From Bugula neritina (Eukaryota; Animalia; Bryozoa), in assembly GCA_964035545.1 (NCBI GenBank), contig OZ037765.1:27217504-27281503 (forward strand): a DNA stretch of 64,000 bases, read 5' to 3'. The notes beneath the pieces are model-generated. The model had not been told where the DNA came from, made no database searches, and worked only from the letters and a program-made list of their open reading frames with translations. Positions 39,901 to 53,338 of this stretch are shown one piece after another. Both the position numbers and the translations under genes were made by a program. Numbering within the stretch: the first letter of the stretch is position 1; each line of letters begins with the position of its first letter.

Positions 39901-42900
39901 TTATAACAGTGTAAGCTGACTAATATGTAATAATTCAGTCTGGTTTGTTTGTTGAGAAGATATTTTATTGTATTAAAAATAGGCAGACATTCAGTGCAGT
40001 AAGATTTAAGCTCCTATCACTTAGCAACATGTGGTGAAACATTTATCTTCACACTTGGTCAGGTTTTATTGCAGATAATTATTTTCAACTTAAAACAGAT
40101 TAATAAAGTGAAATATATAGCCATTAGTCTGGCATTGCTGTGGCCATTTTTAGGATTTTTTATTTCAAAAATAAGAATATTAAAGCTAAAGCTGCAGACG
40201 TTTTTTTATCTTCTTGGAGTTATGAGACAATCATGCTTTCACCTCAAGCATAAAATGAAAATTAAAAAATATTATGAGTTGTTTGACAAAGAGGCTAAAA
40301 GTTTAGTTTTTTTCTTTAGTTTTTTTCTTTAGTTTTTTCCTTGTCAAATTAAAATAATATATAATAGACGCTCTAGAATCAAAACTTAGGCAGTAGTCAG
40401 CATTGCTCACCCGCACTGGGACGCATTGCAAGCACAAAACACAATGCCAAACGTTATTCTAGCATCGTCTGGTAGCCAGCTATTGATGTCTACTTATACA
40501 CTGTGATAAGATACAGCTTTCTCCTATCATCACTTGTACTGATTTATAAATCTGAAACCTAACATCCTAATCTAAACAACATGTTGAATTCTTTTCCTCT
40601 GTTAATTTTATCAGGGATAGTTATTCAACTTTTATCTACTAAAAAATATGTTTACGAAATTATTAGACTTTTTACTAACCAAAGCATGAGTTAAACTCTG
40701 TTTACTGGCAAGTTGATAATTCCCTGAAAATGTCCTATTTGAAGATGTATTCTAATTTACACCCCTTGCATATTGAAAGGGCAAGTTCTCAGTACAAGTA
40801 ATTGTAGCAGTTTAGGAAGAGTCTTGGTTGAGGATTAAAATTAGTGGTTTTCTAAATAATTGACATTTTCAGTGCCAACCAAACTCACGAACATAATAGA
40901 ACATTCATATGACATCAAGACTGCCTAAGTTGTACGCATCACTGTTCGCCATGACCAGGCGCAAGCTCTATAGTGAATTGGAGTAATACATTATATTTAT
41001 TTTGTCCCACTATAAGTAGCTACCAGTAATATATCACCATCCATTGTCTAAATTTTTTATTTTCCTTTATCTCTAATTTCACTGTTTCTTAGAACATTTG
41101 TAAGCAGAATATTTATGTTCTGTAGTCATAAAGTGTTGATATATTTTAGATGTGTGCTGGCAGCCAGCTCTCCATACTTTCAGGCTACATTTTCAAACGA
41201 ATTTCAAGAAGCCATTAATGCTCACGTCACATTACACGACATCTCACCATGGGTAATGAAGAAGATATTAGACTACATATACACTGGTACTCTAGAAATC
41301 AATTTAGACATGGCATTAGACTACTTAAAGACGGGCCACATGCTGCAATATCCAGCTATAGTAGAAGCTTGCTGTGAGCTGCTCTCTCAACATCTGCACC
41401 CGAGCAACTGTTTGGGTGTCAAGGAGTTGGCTTCCCTTTACCAATGTAAAGAGCTGGAGTCAGCAGCTCACTCGTATGTTCTAGAACATTTCACTAGTGT
41501 GATTGATAAAAGTGAGGAGCTAGCTGAACTTTCTCTGGACTCTCTGGTCAAGTATCTATCTGCAGACAACATTGATATCTCGTCAGAGGTGATTTTATGG
41601 AAGGCCATCCGGGAGTGGGTTTGCTTTGATATTGAAAGCAGAAGAAGGTGTTTGTATGATCTACTGTTGTGTATGAGACTGAAGCAACTGAGTCCTAAGG
41701 AACTCAAGGCTGTAGCTAGTGACTCATTGGTGCGGGAGGAACCAAAATGTGCTGAACTGGTAGAAAGTGTTGGCTGCAAGCAGGGAGAACGACTCCTCAT
41801 ATCTCAGTCTGAGTCTTTACATCTCAGTGATGACAAGTTTTCTTCAACTGAGAATATGAAGCTCCAGGCTTGTCAGGTGAGTTGCACCAGCTCAGTTAGT
41901 TATGCTAGACTCGCTTAATGTATTTGACTAGATGTGAAGAGTAATAGGTTGGCCTAGTAGACTAGAGGTCATTGGTGATGTCACAAAGTTCGACTGGCCA
42001 TGACTGTTCCTTGCTTATGCTACTAATATAGGCCCTCAGGGCAACATGGTGAGGGACTTTAAATCCTTGTCAGGGGTGGAGACTTGAAACAGTTTCCTAA
42101 AAGTACTAGGTTCAGTTAATCTATGGATTAGACTGGATATGGGACAGTATTTGCTTTCATAAGCTTGCCAAGCATATGAATTAATTTGTGTTGTGAAATC
42201 TCTTATTTGGGCTGTTGACAGATGGCAAAAAACTTGTGCTTGTAGCATAAGCTGTAGTTTTCAACAGTTACAATGCTCTAAGCCGCATATCGATGGAAGT
42301 TTTGTGCAACTTTGATGGTTTCAGAAATTAGCCTATTCAACACTAAGTAGGGTGGTCAGCTCCCACTCCACACATTTATTCAGTATGGGGAGTTTAAAGT
42401 AAGACTAAAGTTGCAAGTGATGGTGTGTTGGCTGAGTATTATTCATGGCACTAGCCACTTCCTCTTATAAAAAAGAGCAGTCCAGTAATGTTGACCATAA
42501 CATTATATAATCCGCCTACTATTCTACACGAATTAGGTTGAATTATTTTTAAAACTAAGCGGACAAAATTGTGCAATAAGTTGCAATATCTTCTTAATTG
42601 ATTAATTTTTGTTTGTCATTTCAATTATGTAAATGCATGCTACTTCAATTTTGTGAAATATTGTGATTAACTACGCAATGATTGGGATTGTTACTGGTTA
42701 CTAAAACTCCAACCAACCAACCAAGGCCACTTTACTTTAAATTTGTAACACATCACCATATGTACATCACCAGTTGAATCCTCTCCTCAAGTCTAATAAG
42801 TCTGACTTCCGCACAGGATTAAATAGACTCTGCGGTGTTGGAATAGCAGTTTAAGTCTTCCTGATCCTTCTTTGGATACTAAAAGTCTATGCTAAAGGTT

Positions 42901-44541
42901 CATTCTCCAGGATTGTGGTGGGAGCTTTATAGAGTCTTAGTGAAATCTGCCTGCATACTAATAGCTCTCTTATAACTATTATTTCCATAAACATTGATAA
43001 TGCTCAACTAATAATATTGTCATGCTTAAACACTCGTCTAAGAACATTGGTCACAAACACCGGTCACAAACATTGGTTCAAAATACTGGTCACAAGTATT
43101 GGTTACAAAAATCAAAAGTTCTTCTATTCTAGCGTTACTCCAGATGTTAAAAGTATTTTCTTATGTTGACAGAGAGGTGCTAGACCGTCTACTCTCCCCA
43201 GGGATGTCATTGTATTGTTTGGTGGACCCTCGCACTACCAGCTGACTAACATGGTAGCCTATGATCCAAAGAAATACAAATGGATTAATCAACTACCTTC
43301 ACCCCCAGAGAGCAGCATAAGATCAAGCATAGCCTCATATAAAGACATGATATTCATTACTGGTTGGTATAGCATAACTCTTGGCACCAGTTCATATTGC
43401 ATTTACTTTGGTAATGGTAGTTGGCGCCAACGTTTGATGGTAGAATGGAGCCTGATAATGAAATTTTGATTTGCTCATTACTTGTTACTCACTGCTTATC
43501 ATTTTGTACTGGTCGATATTTGCTCTCTTTAAGCACTGTGATTTTGGTAAATATTTATATTACACGGTCCTTTTATGTTACTTAGTTATACCTGATGACT
43601 TGTGAGTTAACAGTGTGGCATTTTATCACTGAGGTTACACCTAATTGTTGCGAGTAGAAAAAAATTGCATCATTTTGCTAATCCCTAAAATGGGGAAGTG
43701 AAGTAATTATTTTGTCATAATAAATAATGGAAAGCTATTTAGTAACCATTTGACTGAGGAGTAATTATTGGAGAAGGTATTAGTGTCTGCATTGTCATAT
43801 CTTGTGTACAATGTCTACCATTTCTATTCTCTTTTTGTAGGTGGAATTGTTAATAACAGACTGTCAGATGCATTGTGGGTGTTTTGTTGTAAGGAAAAGA
43901 AATGGATTCAGCGGACCCGTTTGTGCGAACCTCGAGCTCAACACTCGTCAGTTGCAATGGATGGTGTTCTCTACCTGTCTGGTGGTGTCCGTCTCAATGA
44001 GGAGCAGAACCTGGTGTCTATGACCGAGATTCACGCCTACGACATCGCCTCCGACACCTGGAGGGTTGTCGGCTGTAACAATATCCCAAAGCTAGAGAGC
44101 ACGTTGCTAGGTTTCAACAACATCCTGTACGAGCTCGGAGGGCAAACAAACGGAGCGTACACTAGTACAATGCAGACATTCAGGGTGACTAATGACGGGC
44201 TAGTCAACGATACGGGTGAACACTACGTGCTTCCATGTGATTCAGAACCTGGGCCATTGAAAGCTGCTTTAGACGATAAGGATCACATCATAGTTCTGTG
44301 GGAGAGAACTGGGCGTCTCTTCTCTCTCAACACACATGACAGGAGGTTCTACCAGGTCAACCATTCACTGACCAGTCTCTCAGGGTGTCTCACGGCGTTC
44401 AATAGACATGCCTACATCTTAGGGGGGTCTGAAAACGGCAAACCAGTAGGCAGAGTGTTGGATATATCAACTCATACCTACTCTAGTATCACTCTGCCTT
44501 TGGAACTTACTGTACATAAGTGCATCCATGTAAAAATGTAA
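36965..44541 (+). CDS. Kelch-like protein (BTB-BACK-Kelch, probable CUL3 substrate adaptor), 589 aa, 4 coding exons
   Basis: Exons 36965-37116, 41150-41876, 43173-43362, 43841-44541 (1,770 nt; intron phases 2/0/1). BTB FTDVILTV..HCHRCVLAASSPYFQATFS; BACK LHPSNCLGV..SEVILWKAIREWV; RPST linker; Kelch blades LFGG, ITGG, PRAQHSSVAMDGVLYLSGG, ELGG, ILGG. An acceptor (ttttttag) lies 4 nt before the ATG, implying an upstream non-coding exon. Resembles the KLHL24/35/6 group, but orthology is not assignable by eye. Confidence 0.88.
37226..37359. mobile_element. Short MITE, copy A, with target-site duplication
   Basis: Inverted repeats GCAGTAGTGGAGAAATTGAGA / TCTCAATTTCTCCATTACTGC, flanked by direct repeat CTCAAGTA(T) at 37217-37225 and 37360-37368. 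A second copy lies at 54249-54418. Confidence 0.75.
43043..43107. repeat. 13-bp tandem repeat x5
   Basis: aacattggtcaca aacaccggtcaca aacattggttcaa aatactggtcaca agtattggttaca in Kelch intron 2. Confidence 0.8.
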
Positions 44542-44643
44542 TATGGTTGTGTGATATGCCTTGGGCTGTAGAATGAAGATATTGTATATGGTGCTGTTTT
44601 CCATTAATTGTATTATTTATTATTTAAATATTATATTATTGTT

Positions 44644-44649
44644 AATAAA
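44644..44649 (+). terminator. Candidate polyadenylation signal of the Kelch gene
   Basis: First AATAAA after the stop codon, ~100 nt downstream. The context is AT-rich, so this is only moderately informative. Confidence 0.4.
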
Positions 44650-47074
44650 AATTGTTGAAACTGACTGCACTACTCAAATACGTTATGTGGAGTGAACAAA
44701 GTTCATTCCATGCTTATAGCATTGTTTTGAGAAGAAATGGCTACTTTCACAATATATCATAGTATATTATATAGTCTTGATATGTTTACAGTTACATATT
44801 TCCATTGTGTGCAAGAGTGCACTGCACACCTGAATCCCTAATAATTGACACACAATTTGAACTTTGGAAGACCACCTAGTAAATTGACAAGTAACATTTT
44901 TTGTCTATTGCGTATCAAAGATTAAGCTACGTGTATGTGAGCCAGTAGAGGAATTATGCACACTTATAGCTTGCAGCTAGCTTTTTAAGCAGCATCATTT
45001 CTAAACTACATAATAAAGTCTACAGAGCTGTGATATTTTTCATTTTATCAAATTGTTTCAAAAATTAAGTCTCCATGCTAATATTTGCAAATAATATACA
45101 GGTGTAATTTATGAAGAGTTGAAAAGCACTATAAATTAGTATTGTAGGTTTAAGGTGCATATTCATACAATTGGCAAAAAACAGTTTAATGTCAACTTGT
45201 AAACTAAATAATGTTGACTAAATAGAAATTGATTTCTTCCCCTTAATAAATATACACAGCATGCACGTCTCAGCAATTTTTCTTATAAAAAGGGAGATAA
45301 CTTCTAATAAACACGATTATATAAGAAGACAATTCTAATCTAAGAACCATGGACATTGCTGGTTTGTGGTGTAATAATAGGTTCATATTGCTGTTATTGC
45401 TAGTGTTGATTGATATAGTACATTCAAATATCTAAGATCTTTTTCCACCTTGGTGGTTGTAATATTTAAGTATATAATAACAGTAGCCTATTGCATATAC
45501 AGTACATGAATTAAGTTTTAATACACATAATCTGTTAGTTATTTAAATAATCGTAATAACATAAAATACAGGCTTTGTTGTGCCTTACATGTTATAATTT
45601 GAGAATTACGTATGGTAATATATAATTTTTTTCTATAGGTAAAAAAATGGGAGAATAACTTTTCAAGATTAAATTAATTACAATTTGATTTATGCACACC
45701 ATTGAAATATTTATAAGTGCAAGTAATCTCTATGGCAGTTGATTGGCTACATGAAAACAACAATTCCAGCTACTTTGTTATATTAACTATGTACTGTAAG
45801 CTAAAATCACACATAGTAAGTTTCCATTCCACCAAAGTAAAAGGTTTTCTAAAACCAAGAGAATATATTCACGTGCATAAAATCATTCTCTTACTTGTGT
45901 ATGCACTAAATGAAAAATAATAGAGTTTTGTAATCAACTTTAGTCTCCAAATTGCATTTAATATTTTGAATAATAAGGAAACAACTATTTGTGTTGGCTC
46001 AAAGACATAGACAGCATACAATGCACTAAAAGATTCTTAAAATAAAAGTATTTAATTAAATGAAGAGTGTAACACAATTTCATAAGTAAGTTTTTGATGT
46101 TTTCGAGCAGGCTATATAATCTGCATAGAAAAGGATTCACTAGCTCATCAGGAAAAAACTGCTTGTATTACAACTATTAATTTTAGCTAAATCACACGTT
46201 TCAAGTTATGAAATAATTTACTGGTATCTTTGCTTAAAGAGGTTTTTTGGTATTGGTTGCAGTTAAAGGAGTTTGCATCATAAATCATGCTAATGACAGT
46301 ATCCTGGTGTTAAGATGAAAAGTTATAGTTGCACACACCTGCCAGCTAAAGTTTTTATCTTGTAGCAAAAACTATGTCATGGATTAGACATGTGAAGTGG
46401 TAGATCATGAGCTCATCCTCAGCCAACAGGAAGAGCTATGAGTCATCATGTAAAAAAGTTTGGATAAAATGTTGGCTAATTGTTACTAAATTAAATACTC
46501 TTAAGCGCTTAATTGAGGGAATAAATGTGATTTGCAAAAACAATTATCGTAATTTTTAAGCAATTATTTTTTAGCTCACATCTCAAATTACTCCAACATA
46601 TATTACGAAAGTCTGTAAAATGTTTATTCCTAGAAATTTTAAAATTTATGTTAACTTACCAGCAATCATTTTTAGTATTGATCGAAGGTTGTCGATGATA
46701 CAAACCAGATAAGTTTGGGAGGAAAGTAGGCTAAGTGAAAAGCCTAACTATTCTTTTATGCTATATGCAATAATTTTAAAAAACTATATATAACATAACA
46801 TTCACAAGGGCTATTGTAGTATTTAACTGACAGCAGATAATAAATGGTTTTATTTACATGTTTCATAAGTTAAAATGAGTGGTTGTCATATTGCTCATCA
46901 AAATACATACATGCAGATATAACTATTTAATTTATAGAAAACAAGATAAACAACTGCTTTAGTACTTTGTAGTCTTGTCCCTTAAATTATATAATTTTTT
47001 TATCATTGAGTGGGCAAAAAATGAAAATTGAAAAAAAAAACAAATATTTTCAAACTAAGCGTTCAAATATGTAA

Positions 47075-50000
47075 TTATACATGCTTTTCCTTCTCTGAAG
47101 TAAAATCTGTAACTTGGTTTAAGCACAAGCTTTGCATGTCCATAAGAACATTATATAGAGTGTCAGCAAACTGTTGGGAGTTAGTTTCTCCTGTATGTCT
47201 AAATGATGATATACAAAAGGTTATTTTCTCAGGATGTGGGTTGTATGATGCGCCATAGCCATTGGGAACCACTGGGCCATATCCCATAAACGATTCTGAG
47301 CTTGTATTGATCTGAAAAATAAGAAGTACTTTGTGTGTATCACGAATTTCTAAAAGTCTTAATGGCCTGTAGATCAGTCAACTTACATAAAGCTGTGGGG
47401 CCATAACTCCAATAATCATATTAAAGCTAATTATAATTATTATAATTTGACACGCGACATTTGAATGCAATCATAAATATAATAATTGCAACTACAAGAT
47501 AAATAAAATTGATGCAATATAATTATGTTGTAGGAGCATAATTATAATTTTGAAGTATTTCATTCAACTCAATAAAATGAATTATGTTGAAATTAAATAT
47601 ATTAATAATTGTTGTGTAAATACCTGACTGGTCGATAAGGTAAACTGATTGCATATTGTCCACATTTCATCTTTGAATATTTCAGGTAACGTCCCAAAAA
47701 CCTCTTCTGAGATGCACTTGAGGCCTAGCATGTGGCAATCAACTCCACACCCAAGAATTGTCTAAACAATTGAAGAGAGATAATTTATCAAAGATTGTTA
47801 ATTTGGAATGATTGCCAATGAAAGTTGTAACATTATTGAAAAGTTGTGCAGTTTAAATTTGAATTGGTTATTCTCAGACAAATTGTGTTTGCAAATATAA
47901 ACAAATAGGTTGTATTATACAGTTTTTATTTTGTAAAAACAAAAACGTTCAATCGTGAAAGTGTAGTATAGCTCTTCTTACTGACAGCTTTAAGTGCTAC
48001 TTGGTTTTTAATTGAAAAATTACAATTATTAGCCTTTCATGTAAAGATTTGCTGTCATGTATTTATTGTTGATATAATAGTTAAATGGAGCCCTACAGGT
48101 AACAAATTCTCCACCGTAACTCACCTGCACCATTGTGTCAGTCTGAGATTGCATCGCATCTCTAAGTAGTTGTAACTTTTGAGAACTTGTGAAATCCTCG
48201 GACTCCATGGCCTTGCACCACTCTAAAGCAGCTGAAGAAGCAGAGCGGATATTGTCCACTCTGCCATATAGAAATCTCCTAGTAGAAGCACTTTCATATG
48301 TTGATACAAGGTGGCCATAGATTCTAAAATTGAAATATTATGAGATAATAGAGAGTTGTGAAATCAAGTGGCCAGATATAATGAACATATGATAAAATCT
48401 TACTTTTACGTAAAAAATGTTATTTGAATATATGCAGGACAGAGTGAGTATAAAACATTTAACAGAAGGGCAAAAATATGTACATTGTATTATGCTTTGT
48501 TGAACTATTTTAAACTGTTCAAACACACAGTAATAAATCTCATAAACCTGTTCATCACAGGGTTTAAATAGCACAGCAGTCTTAATTACTTATTTTGATA
48601 AAATAGATGATACATAGACGACAGTGAAGACTGTACCTATAGTATGTGAGTTGTAGTGAGAGCTGTATGAAGCAATCCGGGCTCATGTTCTGTGACTTGG
48701 GAAATTCTTTGCCGAATTTCTCAAATTTAAGAACACACAAATCTAAGTTATGAATGCATCTAAAAGTTCAACATTTTAAATTATTGATAATGTGCCTGAG
48801 TTGAGCAACTAAACAAATAGAAATATAGCCATGCATTTCATTTCTTGGTAAATCTTTCTATATATTATTGTATATTTTATTGTTTATTGCTCTCAAAACA
48901 ACATAATAAAAGTGTTTTAATATAGATTGGGAGTGTTATAAAGATATGTAGAAAATTAGCAGTGATATATGGATTTATTTTAAATAAAGTAGATATAAAA
49001 ATATCTAGTCACTGACTGGTGCCTAAAAATATTTGCAACCAGCAAGAATGATTGAACAAAGTAGGTGATAGCTGTTGTAATGACTCTGCTATACTCTGTT
49101 GTAGTACAAATATTCTTGTTGACAAATAACTTGGAAAGTTTGCAGCCACTCATTCTCTTTCTATGACTACAGAGTATTTACCTGTCCATGGAAAACCTTG
49201 CCATGTCTGTATGCTGAATAATATCAAAGTTAATCTTCCAGGCTAGCTGAACAGGGGAGGGAAGTTTGGAATTTGACTGGTCACTCACAACTGGTTTCAA
49301 CTGGTGCAACTCTTCACTATAAACACAACATTATTTTATTCAGTAATGTTTACCATGCTTTATAATATAATTTACATTGTAATGCTTTGATTCTTTTGTT
49401 GTAAAACAAATATTTCAACTTATTTCAACTGTTGGGTGGAAAAGTTACAATCTTATTAAGTTACTAAAGAATTTATCAGTTGTGACATTGCTTCATTTCT
49501 TAACTTGAAATGATGTCTGTTAATTTAGTAGCTGGAAGCTCACTATGCTGAATCTGCAAAAACCTGCAAGTGAGTTCTATAATAGGGTATAAGTAATTAA
49601 ATTTTTCTGGCAATACGAACATGCAAGCTTATAAATTATACTTTATAGATGCACTTTATAAATGACAGACAAGAGCAAGTGCTAGCACAGTACTTACGAC
49701 ATGTACTTCAAGACATGCTCTATAAGCTGCACCACAGCAATGCCTTCTGAAGGTGAGTGTTCGTAGTTAAGGCCACAAGCGCCATCTTCTCCAACAATAA
49801 ACTGAATATTTATAAAAAGCTAGGAGTTAATTACTTTACTTATAAGGTAATGTGATGAACAATGTTTATCATAATACTGTAATTATGACATTCAGAACTA
49901 GAAATGGTTTTAAATGGAAAATTTTCTTAAAACATTTTTCTGAGTTTCGAGCCCAACTAATTAATAAGCCATGAAATTGAAATTTTATCGAAGCAAGTAT

Positions 50001-53000
50001 TTGTAATAATATATAGCACTATATTGTTATCGATAATTATTGAAAGATTTCACCTTTAGATCCATATACATAATAATTGTAATGGTGCAAGTTTAATTAT
50101 TTTTAGCCTAATATACAACCAACCCCACCGTACTATCAAGCTTTTTAGCTAACAACTTTTACGACATGGGATGGCCGCTAATCAATTATATGTATTGCTT
50201 TATATACGAAATATCAACAACTTGTTCTGTGATGATAAAATGGTTTAAGGCTCATCTGAAGCACAGTATAATATACTGTAATATGTGTATTTACTTATAG
50301 AAACTTACTCACCTGCATAGTTTTATCATACCATCTGTTGCAGCTATTGATGTGACTTCCTTGGCCATGTAGCATTTGCAGAGCTAAGGAGTTGTCAGTT
50401 CTTGGTTGGCCTCCCATATCTACTGTTTTATCCAAGCAGAGTATGAATATTGAATTCTCTATCAGCTGCAAATTTTCTCGATTGCTTTTATCTACAAATT
50501 ATAGCAAGTAATGTGTGAACTTGCTTATATTGTGACCTTTTAATTGATTGTGATTTGAAAATTTAAATAAAACTGCAGATACTAAATAGCAACTCATTGA
50601 AAGGTCAAACAACTCCACGCCAATTTTAGCTAATAGCTCAATTATAATAGTACCCTTTAATAGCAATTTTCGAGCTTTTGCCCAATCATCTCGTGGCAGA
50701 GTTGTTAATATTCCAAGCCCTCCGGAATCATCAATACCATGGGAAGCCATTGTCTTAATTCTGTTTAGCTGATAGCAAATGTCGTCTTCCGTCAACCTAT
50801 TCAGGCCTTCTGACACAGCCATTTGATACATCTAGCAAAATTATACAATTAAATACAAAACAATAAATTATGAACACTAATAGTTAAATTTTCTTTTAAC
50901 CATATTGGTAAACATTGAAAAAATTTCACTTGTATACTTGAAATAAAAGTTCATTACAAAAGCAGCTGCAAGATACTGTAGCTTATAACATATATGATTA
51001 CAATGTAGAAGCTTTTAGTAAAGACGTTTCTATGCATTTTCAACACACATCATCTCTAAGGACTTTAAAAGCTGTCAAAGAAAAGAACTTTAACTATTTG
51101 CAATAAATCAATAACATTTAGACCTAAGCATATTATTTTAATTTGATTCAACCCAAACAAGTGACTTAAACAAAATGCCAAAGAAAGTTTGAACTCTTAT
51201 AAGCTTGAAGCTCGTACTAAATAGCTATAAGTAAATGTTCTGAATACTGTAATTTTATACTTGAAACTTCTAATAATGTCTTAGCTAATCAATAAAAAAT
51301 AATTTGATATTGTAGTAGAAAATTTCAACACTAAGTTTGTTCCGGCCCCTAGTCAGTAATGCAGCTAAATTAGAGTTGATGATGCGATTAGCCTGAAGTG
51401 AATGAATACTTAGCAACAATTTGATAAAATAAAGTACTTTGAGTTAAACTGATTGCATTGAGACAGAGAATGAGTACAACTTTAATGACAAGTACATTTG
51501 GTTTGCCTTATTGCATGTTTTTCACGCATAAATAACTTACATAATGAAAATAACTTTTTATAAAGCCTAAAAATCTTATATTTGATTTATATACTGAATT
51601 AATTGTGAATTTAAGAAACAGTTAGGTCTAATCAATAAAATAATGGTAAACATTACTATCTTTAGTTTCCATAAATCAAACATAACATGCTGTGAACACA
51701 CTAATAAAAGAAAGCTTATGATTCTAACAATTCAGCTGTTTTCCAAAGCAGTCTATTGTTTTAGTATACAGCAAAAAGTACTTTGTTTTTACACATGACG
51801 ATCACATGATCCGCTTCTTCTAAACTCTTGTCATTGGAGGTACGAAGTCTATCTTTTTCTACTCCTGGTTCACGGTATGAGGAGAAGAGCCGGTAATACT
51901 GTTCCATGCACAGTGGTTGCCCTTTCTCTCGATGTCTGGCTCTGTCTATTGGTAGACCTCGACTAACATATTGAAAAAATGTACAATCTTCCAACACACA
52001 TAGTTTTATTTTTATATGAATTTATCCACTATATATTTGAATAAAAATGATAGAATCTAATTACAAAATTCATTTTTATAATGTGATTTTTTTCAGTAAT
52101 ATTTCTTATGGGTTGTTAATTCTATTATTTTTGGGTGTCAAAATGTATGACAAATAAATGAACTTTCCTTCATGAAATATTATAACATATACTTTAGTTT
52201 TATTATATTATTTTAAAAGGAGTTCTGTTTTTTTGGGAAGTGTGACACTATTAGCTGTAATTGTGTGGGGAAATAATGCTACTTACGCATCTATAATAAC
52301 TTTGTAATCCAGAATTCCCGAGACCAGTCTTGCAGCAAATCTAAAAACAGTAGTTAACCATCTAATATATACTCTTTATATATTTACAAGTTAGTCAGAT
52401 TGTGAAAGTTTTTTCTTATCGCTTCAACGAGGAGAGTTTAAATTTTTAAGTCTACTTAATCTTTAGTGCATTTGAAAAAAAACCTTTAAGCAAAAAGCCC
52501 CAATCTGTAGTAATATGTAGATATATGGTGTGAGATGGGTTGAAAATTTAAATATATGTTAAGTTTCAGTTTGCTGATGACAGTTTTCCAGAGAGTTTGC
52601 TGAAACTCTGAACGTGGGCAGCTGACCGTGTAAAGAAACAAGGAGGCAGAACACTTGAGCTTTACTTTAATCATAAGTATATATGAGTATTAAAAATGTA
52701 GCAAACATTATTAACCAAAAATAAAACAAGTTTCGAAAGACTGCATTATAAATTTCATGCCTCAAGTCAATAATTATAATGCAGAGATTGAGAATAGTAA
52801 ATATCAAGATATGCATTTTGAAACTATACCATATAGACTAGTGTCAAAGTGTTGGATATAAAGCAGTATATTTACTTGAGCTGATCGTTGGGGTGGGTGA
52901 AGTGAGCCCTTGGAAACACCATTCCTGGATTAGAGTTAATTGGCAGAGGCATATTATTCAACAAGTACATGTCATTCAGCCACCAGTTGTATGCCTGAAA

Positions 53001-53249
53001 TGACCAGCTTAGAGATGAGAGCTTATTTAGTTACCACTCAACATACAAGAGATATGAAATATTAGGATATTTCGCATTGATTAAACTAGTATTAATGTGA
53101 GTGCAGAATAAGTTACTGGCAGAACATGAAGTGTAACTATAAGTTTTGTTTTCTAATTACAACCTGTGAAAAAATATATCTTGATATTGGTACTAGTTAA
53201 ATTATTTGTAATCGCCTAAAAACTGAATGAAACATGCATATTTTCAACT

Positions 53250-53338
<89 letters not shown>

